A DNA stretch of 64,000 nt from positions 107,136,001-107,200,000 of the forward strand of contig NC_042997.1 in NCBI RefSeq assembly GCF_006345805.1, in the 5' to 3' direction. This DNA is from Octopus sinensis. Taxonomy: Eukaryota. The notes under the pieces were generated by a model, which was not told the origin of the DNA, did not search any database, and worked only from the letters and a program-made list of their open reading frames with translations. Position 1 is the stretch's first letter, and each line of letters starts with the position of its first letter. Positions 38,231 through 51,420 of the stretch are shown here, one piece after another. The translations under genes were made by a program, and so were the position numbers.

Positions 38231-39149
38231 TACTTATATACGGTTGTGTATTGTGGAACTTGTAGTCAATAAAGCTATACATAATAGGGGCTAAATATTA
38301 GGTTAAAAACCCTCTCAACAGACAAAGCTGAACGCTGCCCGTATGACTCGAACCAACATCTCCTGTAAATTACACAAGCGTTCTACCCCTGGACCAATGC
38401 AACCCAGCCAATTTCTGTATCCAAAGTGGATTTTAACCAAGTATTAAAGTGCTCTTATTTACAGCATCATTTATTTTGGGACTAACTGTTCCAAGAATGA
38501 ATTATTTCACCTTCTCTCTGATTTTATAAGACATTATTTTAAGGTTTCATGCAGGGGTGACTGAATCACATGGATTCCTACTCGATTCCACTAAATTGCC
38601 CCTTGGGGAGCGTGTTCAACTATTGACCAAAGCCTTGTGAGCGGGTTTGGTGTGCTTCAAGGGAAAAAACTATTACAGCGCAGCTTACATAAGGATACTC
38701 TCGTTACCTCCCGTACAAAAACAAAAAATAAATCAAATTTAAGGGAAGTAACTGTAACAAGAAACGTTTCACAAACATTTCTGACTTGTTTTGATATTAC
38801 CTCCCTTCCTAAGGAAGAAATGCAACTCGTGACAATTTTCTAAATGACAGGTGTATAAAGCTGATCTCCATTCGCTGGCAAGGGCTATAATTTCGGACGA
38901 TAATATTATTTCTAGATATGATTTTGCATTGTAGTTAAGTATCTGTTTTTCTCTGACAATAGAACGTAATAGTAATGGTTGTTTTCTCTTTTTCCAATCA
39001 ATGTCAATTCATAGTAGATAACATCGTGTATACATGCTTCCAGTGAGATGTCAACATTCACATACCTTTCTCCACTCGTGGAGAAGTTGGGAGGAATAAC
39101 CCGAGAGTGACACAGGCTTGCTTGGAGAGGAAAAGTTTGTCAGTTTAAG

Positions 39150-39690
39150 AATTGATGGGTTATGCACTTCACAGAGGATGGGACAGATATGCGTGGGGTT
39201 AGGACACCGATGAAATCTTTGGAGCTGCTGTTAGTAGCATTCATTTTCATGACATGGAAGACCATACATCTGCAATATTCAACAGCATAGGCTGTTAAAT
39301 ATTGCCTTCAGGTTCTTCCAGGAAAAAGGAGACATACCTTTCATCAAGTTTGAGAAAATTCCGAACATCAGTAATGCCAGATGGAATTCTCCAACAATCG
39401 TAGCCCTTCTTGCATTTTCCTTCATACCACATGTAAGACATTGCAGATGGGCAGCCAATTCATCTCATATGACAGAGCAGCCTACTGGGTCAGTGACCAA
39501 GTGTATAGAGCTGAAGATTATTCAGAGCTATTGCAAGCCTTACTACCCTGCAAGACTGCTTTGAAATACTTGACAAATCACTGGAAAGAAGTGAAATCAA
39601 AACTAAACATCAGCAGAAGTAATCAATGCCGTGAGAGAGCAATTAAGGTCATGCAAGAAACAAAGCCAGCCTGCCATTGAGTTTCATTCT
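39150..39690 (+). pseudogene. Probable DNA-transposase remnant, family uncertain
   Basis: Fragments IKFEKIPNISNARWNS and HWKEVKSKLNISRSNQCRERAIKVMQE recall NxxxERxxK DDE C-terminal motifs. Confidence 0.45.
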
Positions 39691-39736
39691 CTCCATTAGG
39701 CTTGCCGCAACTTCACTATTGACTAATGTGACTTAA

Positions 39737-39957
39737 CCCTTTAGTGTTCAGATTACTCTGTTAAATGTAATACTTTTTCACTCAAATTATTTTGAATTAA
39801 TCATGCATTATCTTATAGCTTTGAGGTTTCAATGACGTGATTGTTTATTTTTAGAATGTCAATGTAGGTTAGGTGTGAGAGGCTAGATATGGCCAGTTTG
39901 AATATAAAACATGTAGAATATATTGGGCCGGATGTGGCCGGTTTAAACACTAAAGGG
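39737..39957. mobile_element. piggyBac-type MITE, 221 bp
   Basis: TTAA|CCCTTTAGTGTT ... AACACTAAAGGG|TTAT. Confidence 0.8.
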
Positions 39958-41141
39958 TTATACGACTTACCTTCTTTTTATGGAAACTATATATAAATAT
40001 ATATGTGTGTGTATATGTGTATGTATATGTATATATAAATATATATATATAATATAAATTGGACATGGGTGATCATTGTATTCTTTCTTGTCTTAAGGCT
40101 CACAGCCAAACTGCTGGGTGGATTCGTGTGAAAAATGGCACACATGTGGAGATGGGTGCATAGATTGGAATGCAGTTTATATTTTTTCCTAGCTCCCATA
40201 CTTACCGAGAAAATCGATTATAACTTTTTCTAATGGAATTCACCTGTTTGTTCTGTCATTAAAACAACCAGTTGCTCACACAGCCGGCATATACCACTTT
40301 TCTAGCAAAAAGGGGAGTACAGTATGACAGTCAGCCAAAACTTGCGCTATGCTGTCTCTCTTCTTTCATTTCTGTGTGGGGTTAATAATCTTAATTTTTA
40401 GTTACAGTTTCTCTTTCAAACTACATTATAGGCAGAATTTTCAGATTAAGACAGTAGGGTGTTTTGAGAGAGATTTGACTGCTATTTCTGCCAGGTCTAG
40501 CTACCATGTAGAGGTCTGAATTTAACTTCCATTCACATATTTGCGTTTCAAAAATTTTAAATAATCTTTTCCATAAATCAACTATTATAAAAATTTTAAA
40601 AGATGACCTCACATTTTCTACGTATGTGTGTGTGTACCTTTAAAAGACGTTGATCATCACGACACACACCTTCACTCACTCACTCTATCTCTCTTTCTCA
40701 CTCCCTTTCTCTCTCACATACACATGCGCAAGTGCTCACACACAGGCACATAAACGCATACACATACATGTCCATTTCATGTATTTTCTTTCAATTTCTG
40801 CTCTCTGCAAATAAAAGTTTTATGGATACAACTGCTTACGAAAATAGGGATAAATGTATAATTTCTTTCTATGTTCATAATTAAATGTTTTAATGATTAG
40901 ACAGAAGTCCAATAGAATAGCTTTCAGAAACAGACTACGTACAAATTCGTTCTTCACAACTTCTGAAGCTGTTTTCTGACAGTGGGTGGGAAATCAGCAA
41001 ATTTTCACACAACTGGAGGCTCGAATTGGAACAGGGGACCGAAAATAAGGTTGAGAAACACTGCTATAGATTATGCCTAATCAAAAACGATCACAGCCAC
41101 ATCATCCAAACAGACCGGGTGAAACCTGGCTTAGCTGCTAG

Positions 41142-41181
<40 letters not shown>

Positions 41182-41829
41182 GGGAGAATTCACAAAAAAC
41201 CAAAAGACAAAGACTGGTGGTGTAGAGACAACAAACAGATTTATTAGTTTAACGCTTGGGAAGTAAAGAAGTCTTTAACATTTTAAACTTACGCTCTTCC
41301 ACAGAAAAGAATACAGAAAAAAACAAGGAAAGAAAATAAAGAATGTGTAGTGGCTAGCAATCTATCATAGTGAATGCCAAACAGAAGGGCCACAGAGGAG
41401 AGCTAGGAAGAAGGGGAGATAATAAACTAGTGATGATCCCAAAATGAAGGTGCGTGCGTATAAGAGAGTATATGCATGTGGAAGAGGGATGGTGATCTTA
41501 ACGTGTGCGTGTGTGTATGTGTAGGTGTGTGGATGTTGGTCTGGGAAGTGGTCAGTGCTAGTGTGGTGTGATGGTGGGGGAGGCGAGAGTGGGGAAAGCA
41601 AGGGTGGGGGTAGGTGGGATGGATAGGGAAGGTGGGGTTGGATTGTGTAAGGGTGGGTGGGGTTACAAGGGAGGGAGAAAGTGGGTAGAAGTGAAGAGAA
41701 GGGAGAAGGAGAGTAGGAGTGAAGAGAAGAATTAAGAGTCAGAGCAAGAGAGTAGAGGTGGGTGGGAAGAAGTAGGTATGAAGGGAAGAGAGGAGAGTTG
41801 AGCCCATGTGGTGCAAAGGAGTGAAGAGA

Positions 41830-42185
41830 GAAGATTAATTCCTGTACACGGTGCAAACAGGAGTCTGGATGGCCCCTGTGCAAGGACTATCCGAACACAG
41901 ACAGGTGTTGCAAAGAGTGACCGGTAGAGCAGAAATGGCACGAGACCGGGGTGTCATTGCCAAGTTGGATGTCTTGGAGGTGTTCTGCAAACCAGTCAGC
42001 ATGTTGTTATCCTCAGCCCATCCATAGATGGCATCTAGATCTTTCTGCAAGAGCGTAGCATCAGAGGTTTCCTTGACTGACTGTGCGACTTTTGCGTTGT
42101 CGGCATAGCTGGTAAGCATGGCTGCCTCTGTCACAGATGGCATATCCGATAGGGCTAGCATGAAAAACAGTGGCCCCAGAAGTAT
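41830..42185 (-). pseudogene. CR1-clade LINE reverse transcriptase fragment
   Basis: LGPLFFMLALSDMPSV...LTSYADNAKV...LQKDLDAIYGWAEDNNM. Confidence 0.8.
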
Positions 42186-42519
42186 TTATTCATAACATAG
42201 TAACAGATTCCTCTCCGTACATATTTATTTTTATCATCCCTGCCCTTAGTATTTAAGGCCACTTAGACAATTTCTTCTTAAATTTTCCTTCAATGTTTTT
42301 GTTTTGTATTTTATTGATTAGTTTTAACAGTCCCGATGGCATGCTATTGTTTTTAAATATTAGTTGACCAATTAGGTTGCAGGATCGACATTATACTTAT
42401 CATAGGAGTATAATGATGACATCACACTTAATTTATATCAAAATTATTTCTTTATTGATATAATTACATAATGATTTCCCCACTCTGTTTACCTTAACTA
42501 AATTTTATTACTATACTTA

Positions 42520-43860
42520 GCTTTTGTGGACTTGGAGAAAGCCTTTGACAGGGTCCCCTGATCCCTTATCTGGTGGGCGATGCGGAAACTGGAAATTGAC
42601 GAATGGTTAATAAGGGCTGTACAGGCCCTTTACAGAGAGGCCATTAGTAAGGTTAGGATTGGCAATGAGTTTAGTGAAAAATTCTGGGTAGAAGTAGGGG
42701 TCCACCAAAGTTCAGCCCTCAGTCCCCTTTATTTCATCATAGTCCTCCAGGCAATAACAGAGGAATTCAAGACGGGTTGCCCCTGGAAATTCCTCTATGC
42801 TGATGACCTGATCCTCATAGCAGAATCACTAACTGGAACTAGAAAAGAAATTTCGTGTGTGGAAGCTAGGTTTAAAATCAAAATGCCTTAGAGTCAATGT
42901 AGCAAAGACCAAAGTTCTAGTAAGTAGGAGGTTGAAATCATCACACATCCCTTTAGGTAGGTGGCCCTGCTTGATCTGTAGAAAAGGTGTAGGTAGAAAC
43001 TCCATAAGATGTACCCAGTGTAAGCTATGGACACATAAGAGGTGCAGCAACATCAAAGGAAAATTAACTGAGAAGATAGCTTTCGTGTGCGACAGATGCA
43101 CAGGGGCAATAGACACCATTGATACTCAGAAAACAGATTCCATTACACTCCTGGGAGAGAAACTAGAAGTAGTTGATAGTTTCTGCAACCTAGGTGACCA
43201 AGTTAGTAGCAGGGGTGGATGCTCATAGAGTGTTACCACTAGAATAAGAATAGCCTGAGCAAAGTTTAGGAAGCTTCTTCCCCTACTGGTGACAAAGGGT
43301 CTCTTGCTCAGAGTGAAAGGTAGATTGTACGACACATGTGTGTGAACTGCCATGCTCCATGGCAGTGAAACATGGGCTGTGACTGCAGAGGACATGAGTA
43401 GGCTTGGAGGAGAAATGAAGCTAGCATGATCGCTGGATGTGTAATGTCAGTGTGCATATACAACAAAGTGTAAGCAATCTGAGAGAAATGTTGAACATAA
43501 GAAGCATTGGATGTGGCATGCAAGAGAGACGTTTGCGTTGGTATGGCCATGTACTACGGATGGATGAGGAGAGATGTGTGAAGAAGTGCCACTCCCAACT
43601 GTTGAAGGAATCTGGAGTAGAGGTAGACCCAGGAAGACATGGGATGAGATGGTCAAGCATGACCTACAAATGTTGGGCCTCACAGAGACTATGACGAAAG
43701 ACCAAGATGTCTGGAGATATGCTGTGACTGCGAAGACATGAAAAATGATGTGAGTTCATGGCTCGCAGGATGGCCTGCTGTGCTAACCTTGGATCTTAGG
43801 GTGACCTGCTGTGCTTGAGGAGACCTATTGAGTCAAGTATGTCAACACCAGCATCAAAAT
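42520..43860 (+). mobile_element. 5'-truncated RTE-X-like LINE
   Basis: FVDLEKAFDRVP, GVHQSSALSP, LYADDL, Cys/His-rich insert, RLRWYGHVLRM. Confidence 0.88.
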
Positions 43861-44139
43861 AAAAATCAAATGGAAATTGTAGTTGTGATAATGATGGAAA
43901 GCATCCCAAAACAACTAAATGCAAACGTATTATATAAGAAAATAAAAGCAAATTTTACTGCAAAATAGGAGATCAATCTTGAATCTGTAATGTGGATTTG
44001 TAAATGAGAATGATTTCCTAACATGTTAAAATGGCTTAATGTAGCATAAAAATATTCTGCTTATCCCAGCACCTTACAGAGCCACAGTATTAGCTAAAAA
44101 TACATGACACACACATCGGCCTTCAACAAACAATTAAGA

Positions 44140-45080
44140 AGGCACGACACTGTGTTTGGTGACCTGGGTTGGCGTACTTGGTGAAGTTCGTCAAATCTTG
44201 TGATAGTTACCAGACAGTTACACCAAATTTAATGAAAGCAAATGATTCATGGCCTATTTCTGGGCCCTGGAAACGTGGGCATATGTTTCAAACATCAGTA
44301 ACATACTCGTAATTGTAAATGCCTTTTCAAAATGGATCGAAGCTTTCCTGTGTCAATCGCTTGACCGAGGCAGTAAAAAGCAAGTTGCTGGATGTCTTCA
44401 CTCATTTTGGTGTGTCCACAGTTTTACTATTGGACAACAGGCCTGAATTTGTCATGTTAAAGAATATGTTGTCATCAATGGGCTGCAGAAAACATCTGCT
44501 TACAGACTGGCATCTAACGGCACAGCTGAAAGAACCTTACAAACTATGAAAGCTGCACTGAAGCATTTTGATCCAAAGACAGGGAATTTCAGCAACTACT
44601 TGAACAAAATTCTGTTCAACCATTGGAGTGCCTTGGGTGGTTGTAAATTATCACCAGCCAAAAAGTTAATGAAAAGACCATTGTGGATTGCTGTAAACTA
44701 ATTCTTTAGAAGAGGTGAGGATGTGATACACAACACTTCATTCAACAAGGTTGCATCCAAAGCAAAATATGTGATACATGCCAGAAAGAATACTGCATAG
44801 ATTAAGGAGGGTCACCCACTTTAGTTAGTGGCAGTTGTGCAACTGGTCCTGCTGAACACACGAGAACCAGAATTAAGTGCAACACCTGGTACAATGGTTC
44901 ACATTGAGTCTGCAAGGATGCCTAACAGTGATGGTGCAACTATATCAAGTTCCTGGGCTAGGCATGATACCAACGCCAGAGTTTTAAAAGAATTGGACCA
45001 GAGTATTACTGACAATGCAAACCATTAAAGATAAAACATGAAAATTGCATCAAGTCCTCAGCTGAGGTGAAGCACAAGAA
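44140..45080 (+). pseudogene. Decayed Gypsy integrase
   Basis: GPWKR..., LVIVNAFSKWIEAF, DNRPEF, SNGTAERTLQTMKAAL, SPAKKLMKRPL across frames. Confidence 0.7.
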
Positions 45081-46039
45081 TTGTGGCAGGATGTAAAGTG
45101 TTTGGAATTTGAAAGGGTATCCAGCTGTAAAGATTCTGCCAAAACAGTCATAGAAGTCTAGTGCAAGCTTCTGCCAGGCCGGCTCATGTCAAACTGTCCC
45201 ACACATGCTAGCATGGAAGGTGGATGTTAAACATTGGTGATGGTTTTTTTTTAATATTTTCATTTCTATTTAAGCAACCAGATTTCCCTCAACTAAAAGA
45301 TTGTGTATGAACAAGGGGTCACAAAGCACCCTTCACATAGTAACCAAATCTCCCTCATAGCTTTACAGTAAGCCTAATAATTGAAATAACATTAAATATC
45401 TCAAGTTTCTCATTAAAATTGCTGCTTTACTGGCTTAGTAGGTGAAGATGTTTAGAAGTGAAGATTTCAAATCTCATCCAGGAATTACAAGGGGCCTTAT
45501 TAAATATTTTCATTCTATTTCAGCTACCAAGTTTCCCTCAGCAAAGAGATTGTATCTGTGAGTGTGTGAACAAGGGGTCACAAGGCAGCCTTGGCATAGT
45601 AACCACATCTCCCTAATATCTTTATAGTAAGCCCAATAATTGAAATGAATTTAAGTATCTTGAAAACTGTTGGTTATAGCTCTGATTAAGAATGCAAATA
45701 CCCAATTCTGTCTCATTATTATTATTACTATCTTTCATACCAGCAGCCTGAGCTTTTGCTGTTTTGCAGTGCATCTGCCCCCCCCCCCACCAGTACTGGA
45801 AGTCTTTATCCTCTGACCTCTATTGGATGTCTTTCCCATGAACACCTCCATAGGCTTAATGCTCCCTCATCCCAACTTAGGGTTTATCTCCTATCTAATG
45901 TAGTGATTATGTAGTGCATAAAAAATGATGGTGTAGTGTATGCAGATTGAAATCTATTGTAAGTTTATGGGTTCTGCCAAATGCGAGCTTTCTTTTCAAG
46001 TACATGATGCTGCTATCCCCCATCCCAGGATCTCATGGG

Positions 46040-48915
46040 CCCACACCTTCCACACCTTTAGTGTTGACACATTGAAAGGTAGGTTAGGTGCAATTGTTGA
46101 GATGCTTGAAAGAAGACGTGTAGATTTGTGCTGCATCCAAGAAGTAAGGTGGAGAGGCAGTTCTACTAGGTTCCACACAAGCAAAGAACATACGTACAAG
46201 ATTTTCTGGGCCAGGAACACTGATAGAGTTGGAGTCATGGGTATACTTCTTGTGAAGAAATGGGTTGATGAGATAATTGAGGTAGTCAGAGCCTGTGATA
46301 GAATACTTAGGATTAGATTAGTGCTGCAACATGGATTACCAACCATTATCTTGGCTTATGCCCCTCAGCTAGGGGTACCTGATGAACAGAAAGATTGATT
46401 TTATGACACCCTCATTGATGAATGACAGGGACCTTCTCTTTGTGGCTGGTGACTTCAATGGGCATGTTGGACAACATGTAGGGGTTTTCCATGGCGTACA
46501 TGGTAGCCATGGATTTTGGTTCCTGCAACCAGGAGGAAACCAGGCTGCTGGAGTTCTGCGATGCAAATGATCTTATGGTTTGTAATACCAACTTCAGGAA
46601 GCCTGCCAGCCACCTACTCACCTACCGGTCTGGTGGACACACTAGGCAAATTGATTACATCCTTGCTAGGAAAAGGGAAAGATGGCTGCTTATAAATGCC
46701 AAAACCTTCCTAGATGAAGAATGTACCCCAGAACATAGACTAGTAGTTAGTGACTTCAGAATCAGGGCTAAATGGATGCCCAGAAGACAACCAGCATGGA
46801 GGAGAAGAGTCTGGAAGCTTAAAGATCTTGTGAATGGACAGAGATTTAGAGACATATTACTCAAAGCCTTTGATGAAATAAAAGGGGATATAGCATTACA
46901 TGATGTGGAAGACAACTAGAGGTTTCTACGAGACAACCTGCTGAGGGCCACTGACCAGATCTGTGGATGGCACAAAGTCCCTTCTCGACACAAAATAATG
47001 TGATGATGGAACAATGTTGTTGACAGGGCTATTAGAAAAAAGAAACAGGCTTGGAAGGAATGGAAGAACGGTGGTAGCAGGGAATTGTATCAGACTGCCA
47101 GAAGCGAAGCTAGTAGACAGGTTTGTTTAGCCAGTGGGGAAGCAGATAAGAAAAAATTCGACAATGTTCTGCATCATGAGGACCAAAGACTTGAAGTGTT
47201 TCATGTTGCAAGACAGTGTGAGAGAGAGAATCATGATGTCATAGGAGAGAAATGTGTTTGCATGGATGATGACTCACATTTAATGAGGCTGCACAGAGAG
47301 AGACTTGGAAACACCACTATGAAAGGTTGCTAAATGAAGAGAATGAATGTGAGAAAGAGAGTCTGCCAAATGCGACCCAACAGAGGGACCAGCTATCCGA
47401 ATTGACAGTACCTTGGTAGATAAAGCAATTAAGGGTATGAAGACAGGAAAAGCCCCCGGCCCATCAGGAATCACCGCAGAGCTGCTTAAAATATCTGGTG
47501 GTGTCAGCTATAGTCTAGTCACCTGTATAGTCAACCAGGTGATACATGAAGGAGTCATACGCAATGACTGGTGTAGCAACACCAAAGTCAACTGCTCCAA
47601 AGGTAAAGGTGATGCATTAGATAAGAAGAATTACATAGGTATCAAGTTGTTGGATCAAGTAATAAAAGTCATGGAGAGGGTCATAGAGAGTTAGTTTAGA
47701 TGAGATGCAGTTTGGGTTCGTACCAGGGAAAAGCACTACTGATGCTATATTTCTGGTAAGACAGCTGCAGGAGAAATACCTAGCCAAAGATAAACCTCTG
47801 TATCTAGCTTTTGTTGACATGGAGAAAGCCTTTGATAGGGTCCTCCAGTCTCTTATCTGATGGTCAATGCGGAAACTAGGGATGGATGAGTGGTTAGTGA
47901 GAGCTGTAGAAGCCATGTACTGGGACGCTGTCAGTAAGGTGAGGGTTGGCAATGAGTATAGTGAAGAATTCCAGGTAGGGGTAGGGGTTCACCAAGGATC
48001 AGTTTTCAGCCGCCTCTTATTCATCATAGTCTGTCAGGCAATAACAGAGGAATTCAAGACAGGATTCCACTGGGGGCTTCTCTATGCTGAAGACCTTGCT
48101 CTAATTGATGAGTCACTATCAGAACTAGAGAAGTTTGAGGTGTGGAAGCAAGGTCTAGAATCGAAGGGCCCTAGAGTCAATCTAGCAAAGACCAAAGTCT
48201 TAATAAGTAGGAAGACAGACAAATCACAAATCCCTTCAGGTAGATGGCCCTGCTCGATCTGTAGAAAAGGCATAGGTAGAAACTCCATAAGATGTACCCA
48301 GTGTAAGCTATGGACACATAAGAGGTGCAGCAATATCAAAGGAAGGCTAACTTGGAAGATAGTTTTTGTGTGTGGAAAATGCTCTGGGGCAATAAACACT
48401 GAAAATGTGCAGAAAACAGCTTCTGTCAAATTCCAGGGGGAAAACTAGAAGTAGTTGATAGCTCCTACCTTTGCTAGTGACAAGGGGCCTCTCGCTCAGA
48501 GTAAAAGGTAGACTGTATGACGCATGTGTGCGAACAGCTGTGAAACATGGGCCATGACTGCTGAGGACATGCGTAAGCTTGCAAGAAATGAAGTTAGTAT
48601 ACTCCACTGGATGTGTAATGTCAGTGTGCATGCAAGACAGAGTGTAAGAGCCCTGAGTGAAAAGTTGGACACAAGAAGCATTTGGTGTGGAGTGCAAGAG
48701 AGATGACTACACTGGTATGGTCATGTGTTGCGTATGGATGAGGACAGCTGTGTGAAAAAGTGTCACACCCTAAGAGTGTAGGGAACCTGTGGAAGAGGTA
48801 GATCCAGGAAGACATGGGATGAGGTATTGAAGCTTGACCTTCAAATGTTGGGCCTTACGGAGGAATGACAAGTGACCAAGACCTTTGGAGATATGCTGTG
48901 CAGGAGAAGACCTAA
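46040..48915 (+). mobile_element. Near full-length decayed RTE-X-like LINE
   Basis: Endonuclease (CCIQEVRWRG, AYAPQ, AGDFNGHVG, QIDYIL), RT (GKAPGPSGI, QFGFVPGKSTTDAIF, FVDMEKAFDRV, GVHQGS) and C-terminal region. Confidence 0.92.
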
Positions 48916-48999
48916 CAAGCCAAGTGAGACTGTAACTATGACCTATGTCAGTGCAGCATAACCGGCCCTACAATGATTGGGCAATAAATTGTGATTGCG

Positions 49000-49380
49000 A
49001 TGACCTGTTGATGCAAGTGAAGTCATTGTTGTGGCCGAAAATCAGTACCGCCTGACTGGCACTCATGCCAATGGCATGTAAAAAGCACTATTGTAATGTG
49101 GTCGTTGCCAGAGTTGCCTGACTGGTCCCATGCTGGTGGCACATAAAAAGCCCCATTCAAGTGTGGTAGATGCCAGTACCATCTGACTGGCCCTTGTGCC
49201 AGTAGAACATAAAAAACACACACTACACTCTTGGAGTAGGAAGGGCATCGAGCTGTAGAAACTTTGCTAGATCAGATTGGAGCCTGGTGCTGCCTTCAGG
49301 CTTGCCATCCCTCAGTCAAACTGTTCCCCCCGTGCCAGCATGGAAAGCAGACATTAAATGATGATGATGATGATGATGTT
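49000..49380 (+). mobile_element. SINE-like element with (GAT)n tail
   Basis: Same family as 11770-12130. Confidence 0.7.
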
Positions 49381-50071
49381 GAAAATGATTGTGTGTGTGT
49401 GTGTGTGTGTGTCAAGAAGGGGTCACAGGGTAGCCTTGACATGGTAGCCAAATCACCTTCAAATCTTTATAGTAAGCCTAATAATTGAAATAAATTTAAA
49501 TATCTTAATTTTTTCATTAATATTGTTGCTGCTTTTGGGGCCCTGTAGTAAGTGTGTTTAGAAGTGGAGGCTTCAAATCTTTGACAGGAATTACAAGGGA
49601 CTTTATTAATTTTTTTTGTGCAGCCAAATTTCCCTCAACCAAAAGATTGTGTGTGTGTGTCTGCGTGTGAAGAAGGCGCTAAAAAGCAGCCTTAATATAG
49701 TAACCAAACCCTGCTCAAATCTTTATAGTAAACCCAATAATTGAAATAAACTTAAATATCTTAATTTTCTCTTTAAAGTTTGTGGTGTATGCGAGAGATT
49801 CAAAATAAAGGCACCTACCTTTTCTTCACTCAGATGGAGACCCTTCAGCGGTAACGGATCCTTCAACACAGCCCGACTCGAACGCTAGAGATAGCAGCTG
49901 CTTCACCCAACCTTAACAACGTGATGACCCATCTTAGCTCCTCGGCGACCTGACTCGAAAAGGTAGAATTTTCTGCTTGCTGCACACGCGTCATGGCTGC
50001 CTCTTCCGGTCAGCTCCCCAGCTGCTGATGTCATCCCACACGCCACCCTGATCTTAAAGATCACAATTTCT

Positions 50072-50433
50072 CTACTCCATGTCGCAGACCACCATCCAAC
50101 TGGGAGGGCGCCTTGTGCATCGAGATGTTCTCAAGCTGGGCACCTCGTTCTCCCCCTCTCCACAATTGTCGTACGTCAAAGCGACATTCCTGCGAAGGTC
50201 CAAGACATGTCGCGGCATTCCATCCACGGAGACGTTGTTTCTGGAATTGACCGCCGTCACCATTCCTCTGCTCCATTGAGACGTACAGCGCACCTTTCGT
50301 GGCTTAACCCAGACTTCCTCCCCTATTTTCATGCAAACGGGTCCCTTCTCTTCCTCGTGGCCCTCCAGCGCTTTGCTCGGGTGCCTCCATTCATATTTAA
50401 ATACAGCTCTCTGCGGCACAGATTCCTCAGCTG
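50072..50433 (-). pseudogene. Gypsy integrase C-terminal tail
   Basis: IGEEVWVKPRKVRCTSQWSRGMVTAVNSRNNVSVDGMPRH...RTSRCTRRPPSW. Confidence 0.75.
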
Positions 50434-50689
50434 TGTGGAATGACGTCAGCAGCTGGGGAGCTGACCGGAACTTGGGGCTGACCAGAAGGGGCAGCCGTGA
50501 TGCGCGCGCAGCGAGCGGGGGATTCTGCCTTTTCGAGTCGGGTCGCCGAGGGGCCAAGACGGGTCATCACGTTGTTATGGTTGGGTGAAGCAGCTGCTAT
50601 CTCTAGCGTTTGGGTCGGGCTGTGTTGAAGGATCTGTTACCGCTGAAGGGTCTCCATCTGAGCGAAGAGAAGGTAGGTGCCTTTATTTC

Positions 50690-51420
50690 ATTTGCAGGGA
50701 AAGTTCGAGAGGCAGCAACTTCCTCGCGGTCGTTTCCCTGGTTGCAATCACGGCTGATGTGCCCAGTCTGCCTGCATCGATAGCAAACGGGCCCCGGTTG
50801 CATACAGTCCAGCGCCATGTGCGACCCCTAACATCTAAAACACCGACCTGAGAACGGCCGCTGTTATTGCATGGTAGGCTTCTGTACGTCTTTACGCACC
50901 TCTGTCACCGCCATCGCCTTCCGCCCAGAGTGTCGCGTCAACATGCGGGCTTGAGTCACAAGTTCGCTCAGCGCCATCTTTTTAATCCCGAGCAATCGTT
51001 GTAGGTGAATCCCTACATCGTCGGGGAACCCATTTACAAACGCCAGTCGTACTGCTCTCTCCAGCCCTTCTCCTGTAAACCCAACTAGCGTCGCTAACCT
51101 TCGAACTTCTGCCGCGTACTCGTCCACTTGTCCTCCCATCCATCTGATCGTACCCAGCTTAGCAAAAGCTGTGTATTCACACTCTGTGTAGGCATCCCTC
51201 AGACGTTGCTCTATCTTTTCCTGCTCAGACGTTCTTCCTCGTCCATCTCAAGATATAGCTTCAACGCACTCCCTTCCAAATACAGCGCCATAAGACTTGC
51301 CACATCGCTTATACCTTGCAGTTTTGCCACCAGCTTGATTTTGCGAATCCAGGCCACTACATCGCCTTCACCATTAAAGGGTCTGATGATGTCGCTGGCG
51401 ATCCTGATTTTCGCTGCCAT
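50690..51420 (-). pseudogene. gag: Gypsy gag, frameshifted, with CCHC knuckle
   Basis: MAAKIRIASDIIRPFNGEGDVVAWIRKIKLVAKLQ...; VDEYAAEVRRLA...AFVNGFP; CYRCRQTGHISRDC. Confidence 0.85.

Noticed and set aside
38332-38405. tRNA gene on the minus strand
   Set aside because: A- and B-box-like motifs are present but I could not form acceptor or anticodon stems; more likely a SINE head.
50072-50557. 161-aa ORF as a complete accessory protein
   Set aside because: Its first ~41 codons come from the inverted LTR; only the remainder is integrase tail.
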